Assembly: GCA_951406725.2 (NCBI GenBank)
Contig: OX597821.1
Span: 47,306,001-47,370,000 of the forward strand
DNA: 64,000 nt
Reading direction: 5' to 3'
Source: Octopus vulgaris
Taxonomy: Eukaryota
Both the position numbers and the translations under genes were made by a program. Below are positions 25,060 to 36,065 of the stretch, piece by piece. The notes under the pieces were generated by a model, which saw nothing but the letters and a program-made list of their open reading frames with translations, was not told where the DNA came from and did not search any database. Within the stretch, counting starts at the first letter, position 1. Every line of letters starts with the position of its first letter.

Positions 25060-26907
25060 CTGAAAAAAAATACAAAAAAAATGATTAGTATATGTGGGAT
25101 ATATATTAAATAAATTCATTGTTATTAATTTCAATAACACAGTACTGATTATCTTAAGAAAAAAACCCACAATTCTTAAATATTCTTCATAGGTGGAAAT
25201 CTACTATAGTAGAGATGGCTCAGATCAAAGCCCTTTTGGACACCTGCTTTCTACATTTTTAATATTGCTAAATCGCATTTTTATAACAACATTTCTGCAT
25301 GTGGCTTATATTACTCGCACAAGCCATTCATCTACATGCCATTGTCTAAATGACAACTAGATTTCATGATATTCTATCTTGCAAAATGCCTTCTCTTGGT
25401 TAACAAAATTTAGACTTTCTTCAATAAACATTCTCTCTCTAGCAAGAGGACATTCGTATTATTCAGTGCTGATACAAACCCCAGTTACATATCCTTTAAA
25501 CTAATGTTTGCCCTGATATGCTCTGCTAATAAATCTCTGGCACCTAAAAGACTTTATTCATCAATCTGATGCCTCTATTATTGCTTCTTGTTTTTGTACT
25601 ATATTTCAGAGTTTGGATGAAGAATCTATTATGTCCTACTTTGCCAAATACTGTTAATGTCTGGATCTCAATTGGATCTACTTCAGAGTAGTTCCTTTCT
25701 CCCTCTCTTTCTCCTACATATTCTCCTTATTAAACAATCAAAAATAGTAGCATTTCCAGTTCTCTTTCTTGGCAGTGTCTGTGAGGGTAAATGTGCCATT
25801 ATCTTTACATATAAACTATTTGAGAGTATAGCCTAACACTTCATGCCCTTGGTTCAAATGACATGGAATATTGGTAAATTTTGGTTTTAAGTGGTCTCCT
25901 TGTTAAATATATCCATCAAGTTTCTTTTGTGACCAAAGAATATTTGTAGCACCTTAGTTTTTCAGCCCTGTCTCTTAGCTTTTGTGGCTTTCTTCCAACC
26001 ATTGCACTAATAACCACCATGTCCCCTTCCTTTTGGTTAGAATCTTGCTCCATCCCTAGATAAAGTTTGTGGTTCACAGCAATACTTTCAGCAGGGGGAC
26101 TTTCCTTCTGTTTAGCACATACCACTAGGTCCATGAAATCCTTTCTCTAATGCTGACTCTGAATCATTCATTAGTCTGCCTCATTTCCTGATTGCTGATC
26201 AACAAATGCATTAAAGCCACTTGCTGTAATAAAAAGATCTGTCATTGGAGCCATTAGCTATTAGTTGTGGTCCAGCAAGAACAGCTAATAGAAAATATAT
26301 TTTTACTTATCTATCATTCTTGATTGTGACTACAATAAGACTCAAAGTTGTTACCGTATTACCTGCAACTAGCCTAAACTTAATTATTCAACCACATACT
26401 CTGATCACCGCAAGCACTTTATCTGTCCATTTCACTGCCAACTGTATACCTACTCTATCTTCTTTAATGCTGAATATATATCCATTTTCCTAGCCAGTGA
26501 AGGTACTGATTGAGGGTTCAACTCCATCTCACTTCCATTACACAGCCCACACCGACTACACATCCCTAAAATCTCCCTGCGACTACCTTTCATTTTGCCA
26601 AGATTAATCTCACCAACTTTGAAGATTTATTCCTGGTTGCAATTTCTTGTAACATACAGTACATTTACTGAAAGACTGAGCCAAAATCTTTTTACAAACA
26701 CAATTTCACTAGCATATTCTCTGCAACATCTTTTTGTCTTCATCAGCAATCCTTGATTAATAGTTTAATTTCTAATTGAAAGTTTTCTCTCAAACATGTC
26801 AATTCCTGTTACACACACACACATACATACACTCTATAAAGAGATTGGCACAGAAAACATGTGGAATCTAGTCACACACAAAAACACACATTTATTTCTA
26901 TACATAC

Positions 26908-27092
26908 AAGGTCTGATCAATAAGTATCCGGACAGTTGCCATAGTAACAATGCTAAAGCACGCAGAGTGAAGGAGCTTGGCACAGATTGACTCCGCTATG
27001 CATGCACATTAAGTTTTAACATTCTACCTCATTTTCACTGTTTACAACAGTGCTTGGAAGGAACGTGTGTAGCGTGTGATCATTGTATTGAC
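26908..27092 (+). mobile_element. mariner-type terminal fragment
   Basis: TA|CAAGGTCTGATCAATAAGTATCCGGAC resembles mariner TIRs. No partner TIR seen. Confidence 0.5.
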
Positions 27093-27221
27093 TATATATA
27101 TATACATACATACATACACACACACATATATATATATACACATATACATACACACACATACATATATACATACATATACATACACACATAAATACACATA
27201 CATATACACACATAAATACAC

Positions 27222-27252
<31 letters not shown>

Positions 27253-28303
27253 TACATATATACATACATACATACACACATATTTACATACATATATATA
27301 TATACACATATATATACACACACACACATATACATACACTCTTCTCCCTATTAGATTATTGTTCTCCTATATTATCTATAAATTTTTATTCACTTATGTG
27401 CACCCTCCTGCTCGTATCTTTTTTCATATTCATAACTGGCACCACACCCTTATAACCTGAATACCACTATGACCCTACTACCATTACATATCCTTCTCAC
27501 ATAATACTAAGCTAGATTATTACCTCTAAAATAAATTTTTATTTATAGCAAAATACATCTACTGTATATAACTTAACACATCAATACTTCTATAAAATAA
27601 ACTTTTTATATATATATTTACTCTTCTACTTCCCAGCTCATTTATCTCCCCCACATTTTTTTTTTTTCGTATTCCAATCTTTATTCCCTGTTTCAATTTC
27701 ACTTTTTCTATCTTTATAGTCACACCAAGCCTGTAATATTGTATTGGTAGTATTAATAACTATTTTTCTGTCTTTATATATTTTTCTACATTATATTTAA
27801 TACATAATAATGAATATTAGTTTTTCTGCAAACATAAGTCCCTTTTATACATCATATTCCATCTTTAACCCTTTTTACATCTTTATTTCTCCTACCATTT
27901 GTTTACGTTAACTATATAGTATTAGCTCTTTATATACCATCTCCTCACAATAAACTTCATTCTTATGTATTGAAAATTTTCTTAAAAATACATCATACTA
28001 TGTAATGATTTTAACGGTCAGTCCATATTTCAATTCAAACCTAGAAGTGTCTTTCCATTGGACATTTCTAATACATATTTTTGCCCTATGCAACTTATTT
28101 GAAGTTAGAATTTTTAATTTCCATACAAATCTATACAGGGAACATCTCTGATACCTCTTTACTTATATTGTTAGATAACCATTATAACCGTTAGTTATGA
28201 TCAAATATCCAAACATAACTCACATCTCTTTCTCACAAGGATAAAACTATTAATCTCCTAGATTAAATTTTTCTGCTATTTTCATTGTATTTTCGCTTAT
28301 ACA

Positions 28304-28411
28304 TCCTGCACTGAAGATTACATTGATATATTTAATTCATTTAATTTAATCTAATTCAATCATGAATTTGCCTTATTATTATATCTCTGTACGAAATGAT
28401 AGTCGGCAAGA
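28304..28411 (+). ncRNA. Hammerhead ribozyme motif at the end of an AT/pyrimidine-rich PLE-like tract
   Basis: TCCTGCA-CTGAAGA-tTACAttGATATA..TATATCtcTGTAc-GAAA-TGATAG-TC|GGCAAGA. Intact core, two-part stem II, stem I with two mismatches. Confidence 0.6.
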
Positions 28412-28649
28412 ATTAAACTTCTTATATAATTTAACAATTTGTCTCCCCCATTTTTCAATAAATTGATGTATTTTATGGGACTTCTTTCCATAAATTCACC
28501 ACACACTATATACAAGCATTAATTTCATATCTTCAGAAATTTATGCTTGTAAACTACCAGCAAAGTATGAAGAATCAATGTTAGAAATCTCTTTTGGAAA
28601 CATCCATATACAAATACATATACATACATACATACATACATAAATATAT

Positions 28650-29141
28650 ATATAAATTAAATTAGAGATAAAACCACTATTAGGCAACTCAAACAGTGAT
28701 AGACATAAACCAAAACATAAAAACAAAAAATAAATATAATTACTATAATATATAATATATATAAAATATAAAATTTAAAAAATTAAATTATTAAGATTTT
28801 AAATTTTAAATTTATATCTTTAAATTTTAAAATTAAAAAATTTTTAAATTAAAAAATTCTTAAACTTAAAATTTTTTTTATATAACTAACCAAAAAGTAT
28901 AAAAAAGTTAAATATTTAACTTTTTTATACTTTTTAGTTATATAAAAAAAAATTAAACGTTTAAAAATTTAAAAATTAACAAATATAAAAATTTATAAAT
29001 TTAAATTTTAATAATTTAAAGTTTTAAATTTCATATATATTATATATTATATTTATTATATTTATTTTGTGTTTTTTATGTTTTGGTTTATGTCTATCAC
29101 TGAGTTGCCTAATAGTGGTTTTATCTCTAATTTAATTTATA
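28650..29141. repeat. ~490-bp spacerless AT-rich palindrome
   Basis: TAAATTAAATTAGAGATAAAACCACTATTAGGCAACTCA..GTGATAGACATAAACCAAAACATAAAAA mirrors 29070-29141. The centre AAAAGTATAAAAAAGTTAAATATTTAACTTTTTTATACTTTT is a perfect palindrome. Confidence 0.9.
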
Positions 29142-29209
29142 TTTATACTGTGAAATTTGATTTAATCCTATATCTAATTTTTCCCTGTAAGTTTGGATAT
29201 ACTCCCTAA

Positions 29210-29247
<38 letters not shown>

Positions 29248-29453
29248 TATATGCACACACACATATACATACACACATATATACATACACACATACAAAT
29301 ATATATATATATACATATATATCTATATCCGTATCTATTTATACATATATACACACACACATATATATACACATATACAAATATATATACATATACATAC
29401 ACAAATATATATATATATAGGGGTCATTTTCATAGCATTTTTTCCAATGGACG

Positions 29454-29515
29454 GATAACTGAATAGATGGCGGCGTGGATTTCAAACCTCGGCATCCGAA
29501 GCTCAGAGTTTTATC
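29454..29515 (+). ncRNA. Decayed hammerhead motif homologous to 8110-8184
   Basis: 29421-29545 aligns with 8085-8205: GATAA-CTGAATA-GATGgCG..CGGCATCc-GAAG-CTCAGAG-TT|TTATC. The core is mutated but the stems are retained. Confidence 0.6.
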
Positions 29516-29547
29516 ATGGCTACCGAATAATTGTCAAATATTACATT

Positions 29548-29630
<83 letters not shown>

Positions 29631-29683
29631 CATACATACATATATATATAAATAAATGGTTTTAAATACAGTTGTGATTCAAA

Positions 29684-29780
29684 TCTTTTTACTTCCGACA
29701 TGTTTCAAAGAAAACAGTATTTTTCCATAAGGAATAAAATGGTGTAAAATAATGCAATCTTCTCATCAGGGAAAGAAAGA
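29684..29780 (-). ncRNA. Type I minimal hammerhead ribozyme motif, sense to the PLXDC pre-mRNA
   Basis: Minus strand TCTTTCTTTCC-CTGATGA-GAAGA..TCTTT-GAAA-CATG-TC|GGAAGTAAAAAGA. Intact core, perfect palindromic stem III ACATGT, 5-bp stem I, 5-bp stem II base. Confidence 0.78.
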
Positions 29781-30299
29781 AACCAAACACATCAATATGA
29801 CATTTTAATTGAATTTGATGACTGGGTATATGATGAAGAGAATGCTAGTAAGTTATTTTTAAAAACCATTAGTAGATATAATGTCAAAGAAAGAGAAGGA
29901 GTAGAAAGAAAGAAATTTGCAGAAAACTAATAGTGGAGAGATATAGAGTGATAGGTGAATAGGAATAAATCTTAAAGGCATGGAAGTAGATATATTTAGT
30001 GGAAGTGAAAAGGAAGAAGAAAGTCAAAGGTCAAATTTTATAGAATGGTACAAATCACTGATAGGGACTAAAGGTATGTTTCTGCCAATGTTTGCAACAA
30101 TAAATGCATTATTAATCAGGACATGAAATCGAGTTATAATGATATTAATGATATTTTATTTCGAATAACAACACCAAATCGAGTAATGTAAATCTGCAGC
30201 ATAAGGGAGATAATTTTATTTAAGACCCTTTTTATATCATAAAGGTACATCGAGAACTTTTAAAGATAATTACCCTAATAGCAAGGTATGTCCTAGCAA

Positions 30300-30442
30300 A
30301 ACTGTTTGGTTAATAATTCCATATGGTAAGCTGATCAAATCCAACCTCCCTCATCAGTTTCATGAAGCTATAGAAAAGAATTTCCCAAGAAATTCAAGAT
30401 ATTATTCGATTATTAATACACAGCTGATCAGGATAGCATTCA
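30300..30442 (+). mobile_element. Penelope-like element ORF fragment (RT to GIY-YIG linker)
   Basis: WLIIPYGKLIKSNLPHQFHEAIEKNFPRNSRYYSIINTQLIRIAF resembles the PLE linker pattern W.N.PY....TN....F...I.K.FP......I.N..T..ISYS (recalled, not searched). Lies next to a hammerhead-bearing repeat. Confidence 0.6.
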
Positions 30443-30820
30443 AAGTTTTTGGGGTGGACTGTATAAACTCGACCTAGAGCATTCCTTTTTTTTATGTGTG
30501 AATGCCTATCGATGGTTACGCCAAGCCTTCCCCTCTTCTACTTCTTAAGTTTTTTAGAAATCTTTTTTCAATCTAAATGGTAGAATACGAAGATTAAGAA
30601 TATGGTGGGGGAAACGAATTTTAATTTCAAATTTTTTATGAAAAACTTCAAAATTGATCCACACCCCATGCTGCTGTCTAAAAGTGAAAATGAACGGCTG
30701 CTTTGTCTGTTTCTGCATGCATAGATTTATAGTGAAAGAACAAAAGGACCATGGCATGTGAAGCCCTCACCACGAAACTTGATATGCTAAAAATAACAGC
30801 TAAATGTCCAGAGAATTTTT

Positions 30821-31813
30821 GTGCTTGTGGGTGCGCACGTGTAACAATTTCTACAGTTTAACTGAATGAACAGAGAAAGAAGTACACAAAATATATTTTA
30901 CATACCTGTCGTATATATTGTTTTTTTTTTGCATTAAAGGCAAACGATTTTGATAGAAGCAATTATTTCGCTGTCAATTCATTGGATAAATCCAAACAAA
31001 ATACAAGTTTAGCCACTAGCTCAGCACCTATGTTTGTGTTCTTCATTCCAAAATAACAAAAACTTTAACATACTTCCAAAATGGGACTTAATCTATATGT
31101 ATCCACATGCGTATATGTGCAAGTGTGTATGTGTGTGTGTGCGTGGGAGGGGTAGTGCACAAGAAAAACATTTACGGAAATGTACTCATAAAATTTCTAT
31201 TAAAATAAGTTGTTTTTATATGCCACACTTGCAAATCTCCATATAAATGATAGCAAAATGTATAGCAAATGAAATTAAAATCCTTATTCAATGACAGATT
31301 GATCAAGTTACTAATGTTTTAACATTGTTGGTAACAACATATTTTCTCTTTTAATTGAATATTGGAAAAGAGAGCAAATGCAAGGGAAATTAATTTAAGC
31401 AGTAACAACTAAACTCCTTGATTCATTATCGCAATTAGAAAAAATTCAGAGGTGTAACATTGCACAAGTCCATTTCTGTAAGTATTATTCTTGTGCACCA
31501 GCCACACATGCACATATAAGCATGTGGATACACATGGATTAAGTCCCATTTTGGAAGTATGTTAAAGTTTTTATTATGTTGGAGTGAAGAACACAAACAT
31601 AGGTGCTGAGCTAGTGGCTAAACTTGTAATATTTTGTTGGGATTAATCCAATGAATTGACAGTAAGGTAATCACTTATATCACAATCGTTTACCTTTAAA
31701 GTGAAAAAACAAAACCAACGTTTATGACAGGCATGTCAAATATAATTTGTGTACTTCTTTCTCTGTTCATTCGGATAAGCTGTAGAAATTGTTACGTGCA
31801 CACATACAAGCAC
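30821..31813. repeat. ~1-kb fold-back element, ~365-bp arms and ~280-bp spacer
   Basis: 30821-31188 mirrors 31466-31813; for example TTAGCCACTAGCTCAGCACCTATGTTTGTGTTCTTCA and TGAAGAACACAAACATAGGTGCTGAGCTAGTGGCTAA. Confidence 0.9.
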
Positions 31814-34800
31814 ATACTACATATGTAGAAAATTGGTGTGTGCTTGTTTGCGGCGTTGTTAGCTAACCCCACCCACATCGTTTTATTGGTTGTGATGAAA
31901 CTTGACACGTGAGTAGAACTCATGGCTGGAAACCTCATGACATACTTAGATTGTTGAAAAGAATCAACAATACGGCCCCTGGAAGGGTTCTTTATATCTA
32001 CCTCATATAACTAATTTATTTTTTAAAACATCCAAGGGAAATAACCCATAGCACCTGCACAATATTTTTTTTAAAACACTCACGGAAAATAACTAATAGC
32101 ACCTGCACTTACAGTTGTTAGTTTTTAATTAAGCGATCAATATTTGATTCTCATGATCAGCAAACCTAATTCTGCATTTCGCTACTCACAGTTTTGAACT
32201 GCTAAACCTTATTATTGCACTTTCTTGATGCATGTACACTTTCAATGCCCATAACTCCGATAATTCTGCATTTTTCCAGTTAAAATTTTTGATTCCAGAA
32301 CATATTTAATTAGTGTGTCCCAATACAATGAACTCATACTTTGAATGCTTAAAATTCTTAAAAAATGAAACCAAATTTCAACACTACTTTCAGTTGGGAC
32401 ACCCTGTATTGCTTATTCTTATTTTACAAATCATAATATTTATTGCTTATTTACAGTTCATACAACATTTTCATGAAACTAATTGAGCCATCGAATTTAG
32501 AGATATTTTACAGGTTTCATTGTTTATGTTGAAAATTCTGAAAATAATATTCATCATATTTGGTAATATATCTGACCTAGATAATAGATTTACATCAGAG
32601 TGATGGAAAATACACGTATAATAGAGAATAAGAGCCTCGAGAAGATGAAAGGCTTAATATATTTATGTAATACCCAATTTGCTTATGTGACACAATGTAT
32701 GTGTGCAGTGTGGTGATGTGGTAACAACCACAGGATTCCGCATTCATTTAAGCAAGTGTCTTGTATTATAGCCTCAGGTCGACCAAAGCCTTGTGAATGG
32801 ATTTAGTAGACAGAAACTGAAAGAAGCCTGTCATGTGTATAAATATATATATATAAATATATGTGTGTGTGTGTGTGTCTTAGTATGCGTGTTTGTCCTC
32901 CACCACTGCTTGACAACCAGTGTGTTTATGTCCCCATAATCTAGGGGCTTGGGCAAAGGAGTGATAGAAAAAGCATCAGGCTTAACAAAAGAATTCAGGG
33001 GTCAATTCATTTGACTGAAAGTTCTTAAAGGTGAAGCCCCAGCATGGCCGAAGTCTAATGCCCAAAACAAGTAGAAGATAACAGAAATACAATTCACCAA
33101 AATAGTTACAAATCTAATATTAGAGAATTTCCAGCACCTCATAAAAATCAAAAGTAAACAACTAGTGTCATACAAGTAATCAACACACAATTTCCAAAAG
33201 CGAGAAGGCAAATATTATTCTTTCTATTGTATAACATTAAAGACCGAATGTGTGTGTGTGCATGTGTGTTTATGTTATGTATATGTGTACACAGCATGTG
33301 TGTTTGTTTGCCTCTCTCTGCTGACAGAGCTAAATTTGACAGTAATATTCTGTCAGTATTGAATGAACTCACAAGACCACCACACTGAGGCAGCTTTCTG
33401 CTGCTTATTATAAGTATACGTGTTTCATATATAATACATATATGTGTATGTGTTTGTGTGATTTACACATGCAAACACACACAAACACAGATATCCGTAT
33501 GTGTATGTATGTATATATATATTTATATATACTGCTGATACTCCAGGCAAAAGTTTGAACTTCACAATTGTTTCGTAAGTCAGCGAAACCCTGACATGTC
33601 AAAACAAACACTGGTGTGTAACAAGGTCCTTCAACTCAGCAGACCCAGTCAAGCTGTCCAATCCAAAATCATCATGGAGAGTGCACTTTAAATGATGATG
33701 ATGTATTTAAATTTGATTATACAAACACATGCATATTATACAGCATTTGTATTGTGGCATGGCTTTATTAGCAAATTTAAAAAGATGAAAGACCTGTTAA
33801 ATTCACTTTGCATTTATTTCTTGAAGGCAGATGACACCAGTTTACATACATGACAAATATACAGCTTTCCTTCCCCCACTTAAACTAGGTTTTAATTCAT
33901 TCAGTTACAGTATTTCATCCTCCTCCTTCACCTTCCCATCCTCGCCTACTAAAGGGCAGGTGTGACCCTGTTGTCTTACTATACAGACTGATATATGTGA
34001 TCAACAAAAGCAATAAACCCCAAGTCGTGTAAGAACTTGTCGTTAACTTTCAAACAGTTGCAGCAAGACTATCACTGATTATGTCACATTTATAGAATGA
34101 ATATACTGATATATCACGAAATAAACAAAAATTAATGAACAGCTTTGTGGTTTTTTTAATTACTTAATATGGTTCTTGCATATAATTACGTCACTTTTAA
34201 CACATACACTCAGTTCTAGTCACTGGCCATACACACACACACATGCACACGTAGCCATGTGGTTTTAGGTTTAGTCCCACTGCAAGGCACTTTGGGCAAA
34301 TGTCTCCTACTATAGCTTTGGGACCAACAAAGCATTGAAAGTGGATTCGGTATATAGAAACTGAAAGAAGCCCATTGTATGTGTATATGTGTGATCCTTA
34401 TTTTGTTTAGAATAAATGTTTTTATATTTTTATACATCATATTCCTATCCTATCCTTTTTCCCTTTCACCCTCTCTCTGTATCCCCTCCACCTCTCTACA
34501 CTTCTGTTCCTGCCATTTGCCTTCCCCTTATTTCTCTGCTCTCTCTCTCTCTCTCTCTGTGCCCTCTATCACTTTTCTCCTGCCTACTACTGACACATGA
34601 CACAACCCATTTCACTGCTTCTCATCCTTTAGGATACTCCTCCTGGTGTTAACCACATTTTTGTCTCATGTCTGGCCCTAACACTGTATTCTGCTCATTT
34701 ATTTCAGTTTGTTCATATGTTCACATTTTGTCTCTCATTTGTTCTTATCTTTGTCCCTCATCCATCTAACGACAGTCTCCACTTCAATAGCATTTATTTC

Positions 34801-35140
34801 ATGTCTGTATGTTTACTTCCTGTAATGCATATTTGTTTATTCACTTTCTGCCATGTTTGGTCCCTTGTTTGTTGGCTTGCCATTTCCTGGCAGCTTCTTG
34901 CTGTCAGCACCATCAGGTGGGGGGGACAATATTATTGTTGAAGGCATGAAATTGTGTATGACCCTCTGGCCAATAACTAATGAGGATTTGATGACCTTCT
35001 GTGTCTAATTTCCATTTGTTTGTGGATTTATATGCTTTTTAACTTACTGAATGCACACACACACACACACATACATACGTTTATGAATTTGTGCTGAAAG
35101 ACTTCTGACATGAAACCATGTATTGAAACAGATACTGTTA

Positions 35141-35491
35141 TATTTTGGGATGGTCACCCCACCCACTGCCATATAAACACATGCACTATATATTTGCTTT
35201 TCTCTCATTTGTTATTGTTCTTGTTTTATCTCATGTCCATTGTCTGGAAATCTTTCATCACATATTTGTGACCTCTTCAGTAACCCTTTTCATCCACATG
35301 TATCTTCCTGCTCCACTTAGTCCACTCTGGATGGAAAAGGCCACTGAAGTGGTCACAGATGTGTGATGAAAGATTTCCAGACAAAGAGTGTAAGATAAAA
35401 TAAGAACAATAATAAATGAGTGAAGAACGAATATATAATGCATGTCTTTATTTGGCAAAAAAAAAAAGAAAAAAATTACCATCTCAAAATA
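35141..35491. repeat. ~350-bp fold-back with a hammerhead-like core in each arm
   Basis: TGTCTGGAAATCTTTCATCACATATTTGTGACCTCTTCAGT mirrors ACTGAAGTGGTCACAGATGTGTGATGAAAGATTTCCAGACA. Termini TATTTTGGGATGGT and ACCATCTCAAAATA. Confidence 0.85.
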
Positions 35492-36009
35492 CATACATAC
35501 ATATATATATATATATGATGTATGTATGTATGTATATATACGTGTGTGTATGTAATGTGTGTGGGCCCTAGTCTTGATATTATGTGATGATTGTAAAACA
35601 AGCATCACTATCATACAATGTTGTTCATTTCTAGTCTCCCATGGAAAACATGTCCGACCAAAGAGAAATTCGCTTGAAAACAGGTGAGTGTTTTGTTACA
35701 GGAAGAGAATCTGGCTCTAGAAGATTTACCTCAACTTTTCTGTCTAACCCATGCAAGCAGAAATGTGGAGAGTAAATGATGATTATATGTATTTAGAAAT
35801 GAAGGAAATTTGAGATTTCCTCCGTTTCTAAAAATATTTAATCTATCATGGCACTTCGATGCTTGTCTATATATCCATACACATACATATATAGATATAA
35901 ATAAAGGCAAAAAGAAAAAATTCCCTTTGCCAATATGATGAAAAATAGATGCTGAATCATCTAACCACATAAAATATTTTCACTCATATATCATCATCAT
36001 CATCATCAT

Positions 36010-36065
<56 letters not shown>

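Noticed and set aside
25300-26140. Possible ancient coding remnant on the minus strand
   Set aside because: Only short open frames with no motif I can identify reliably; BLASTX would be needed.
26690-26750. CTGATGA..GAAA on the minus strand as another hammerhead
   Set aside because: No convincing stem I, II or III. Other isolated CTGA.GA heptamers (3223, 5934, 12163, 54128) were rejected likewise.
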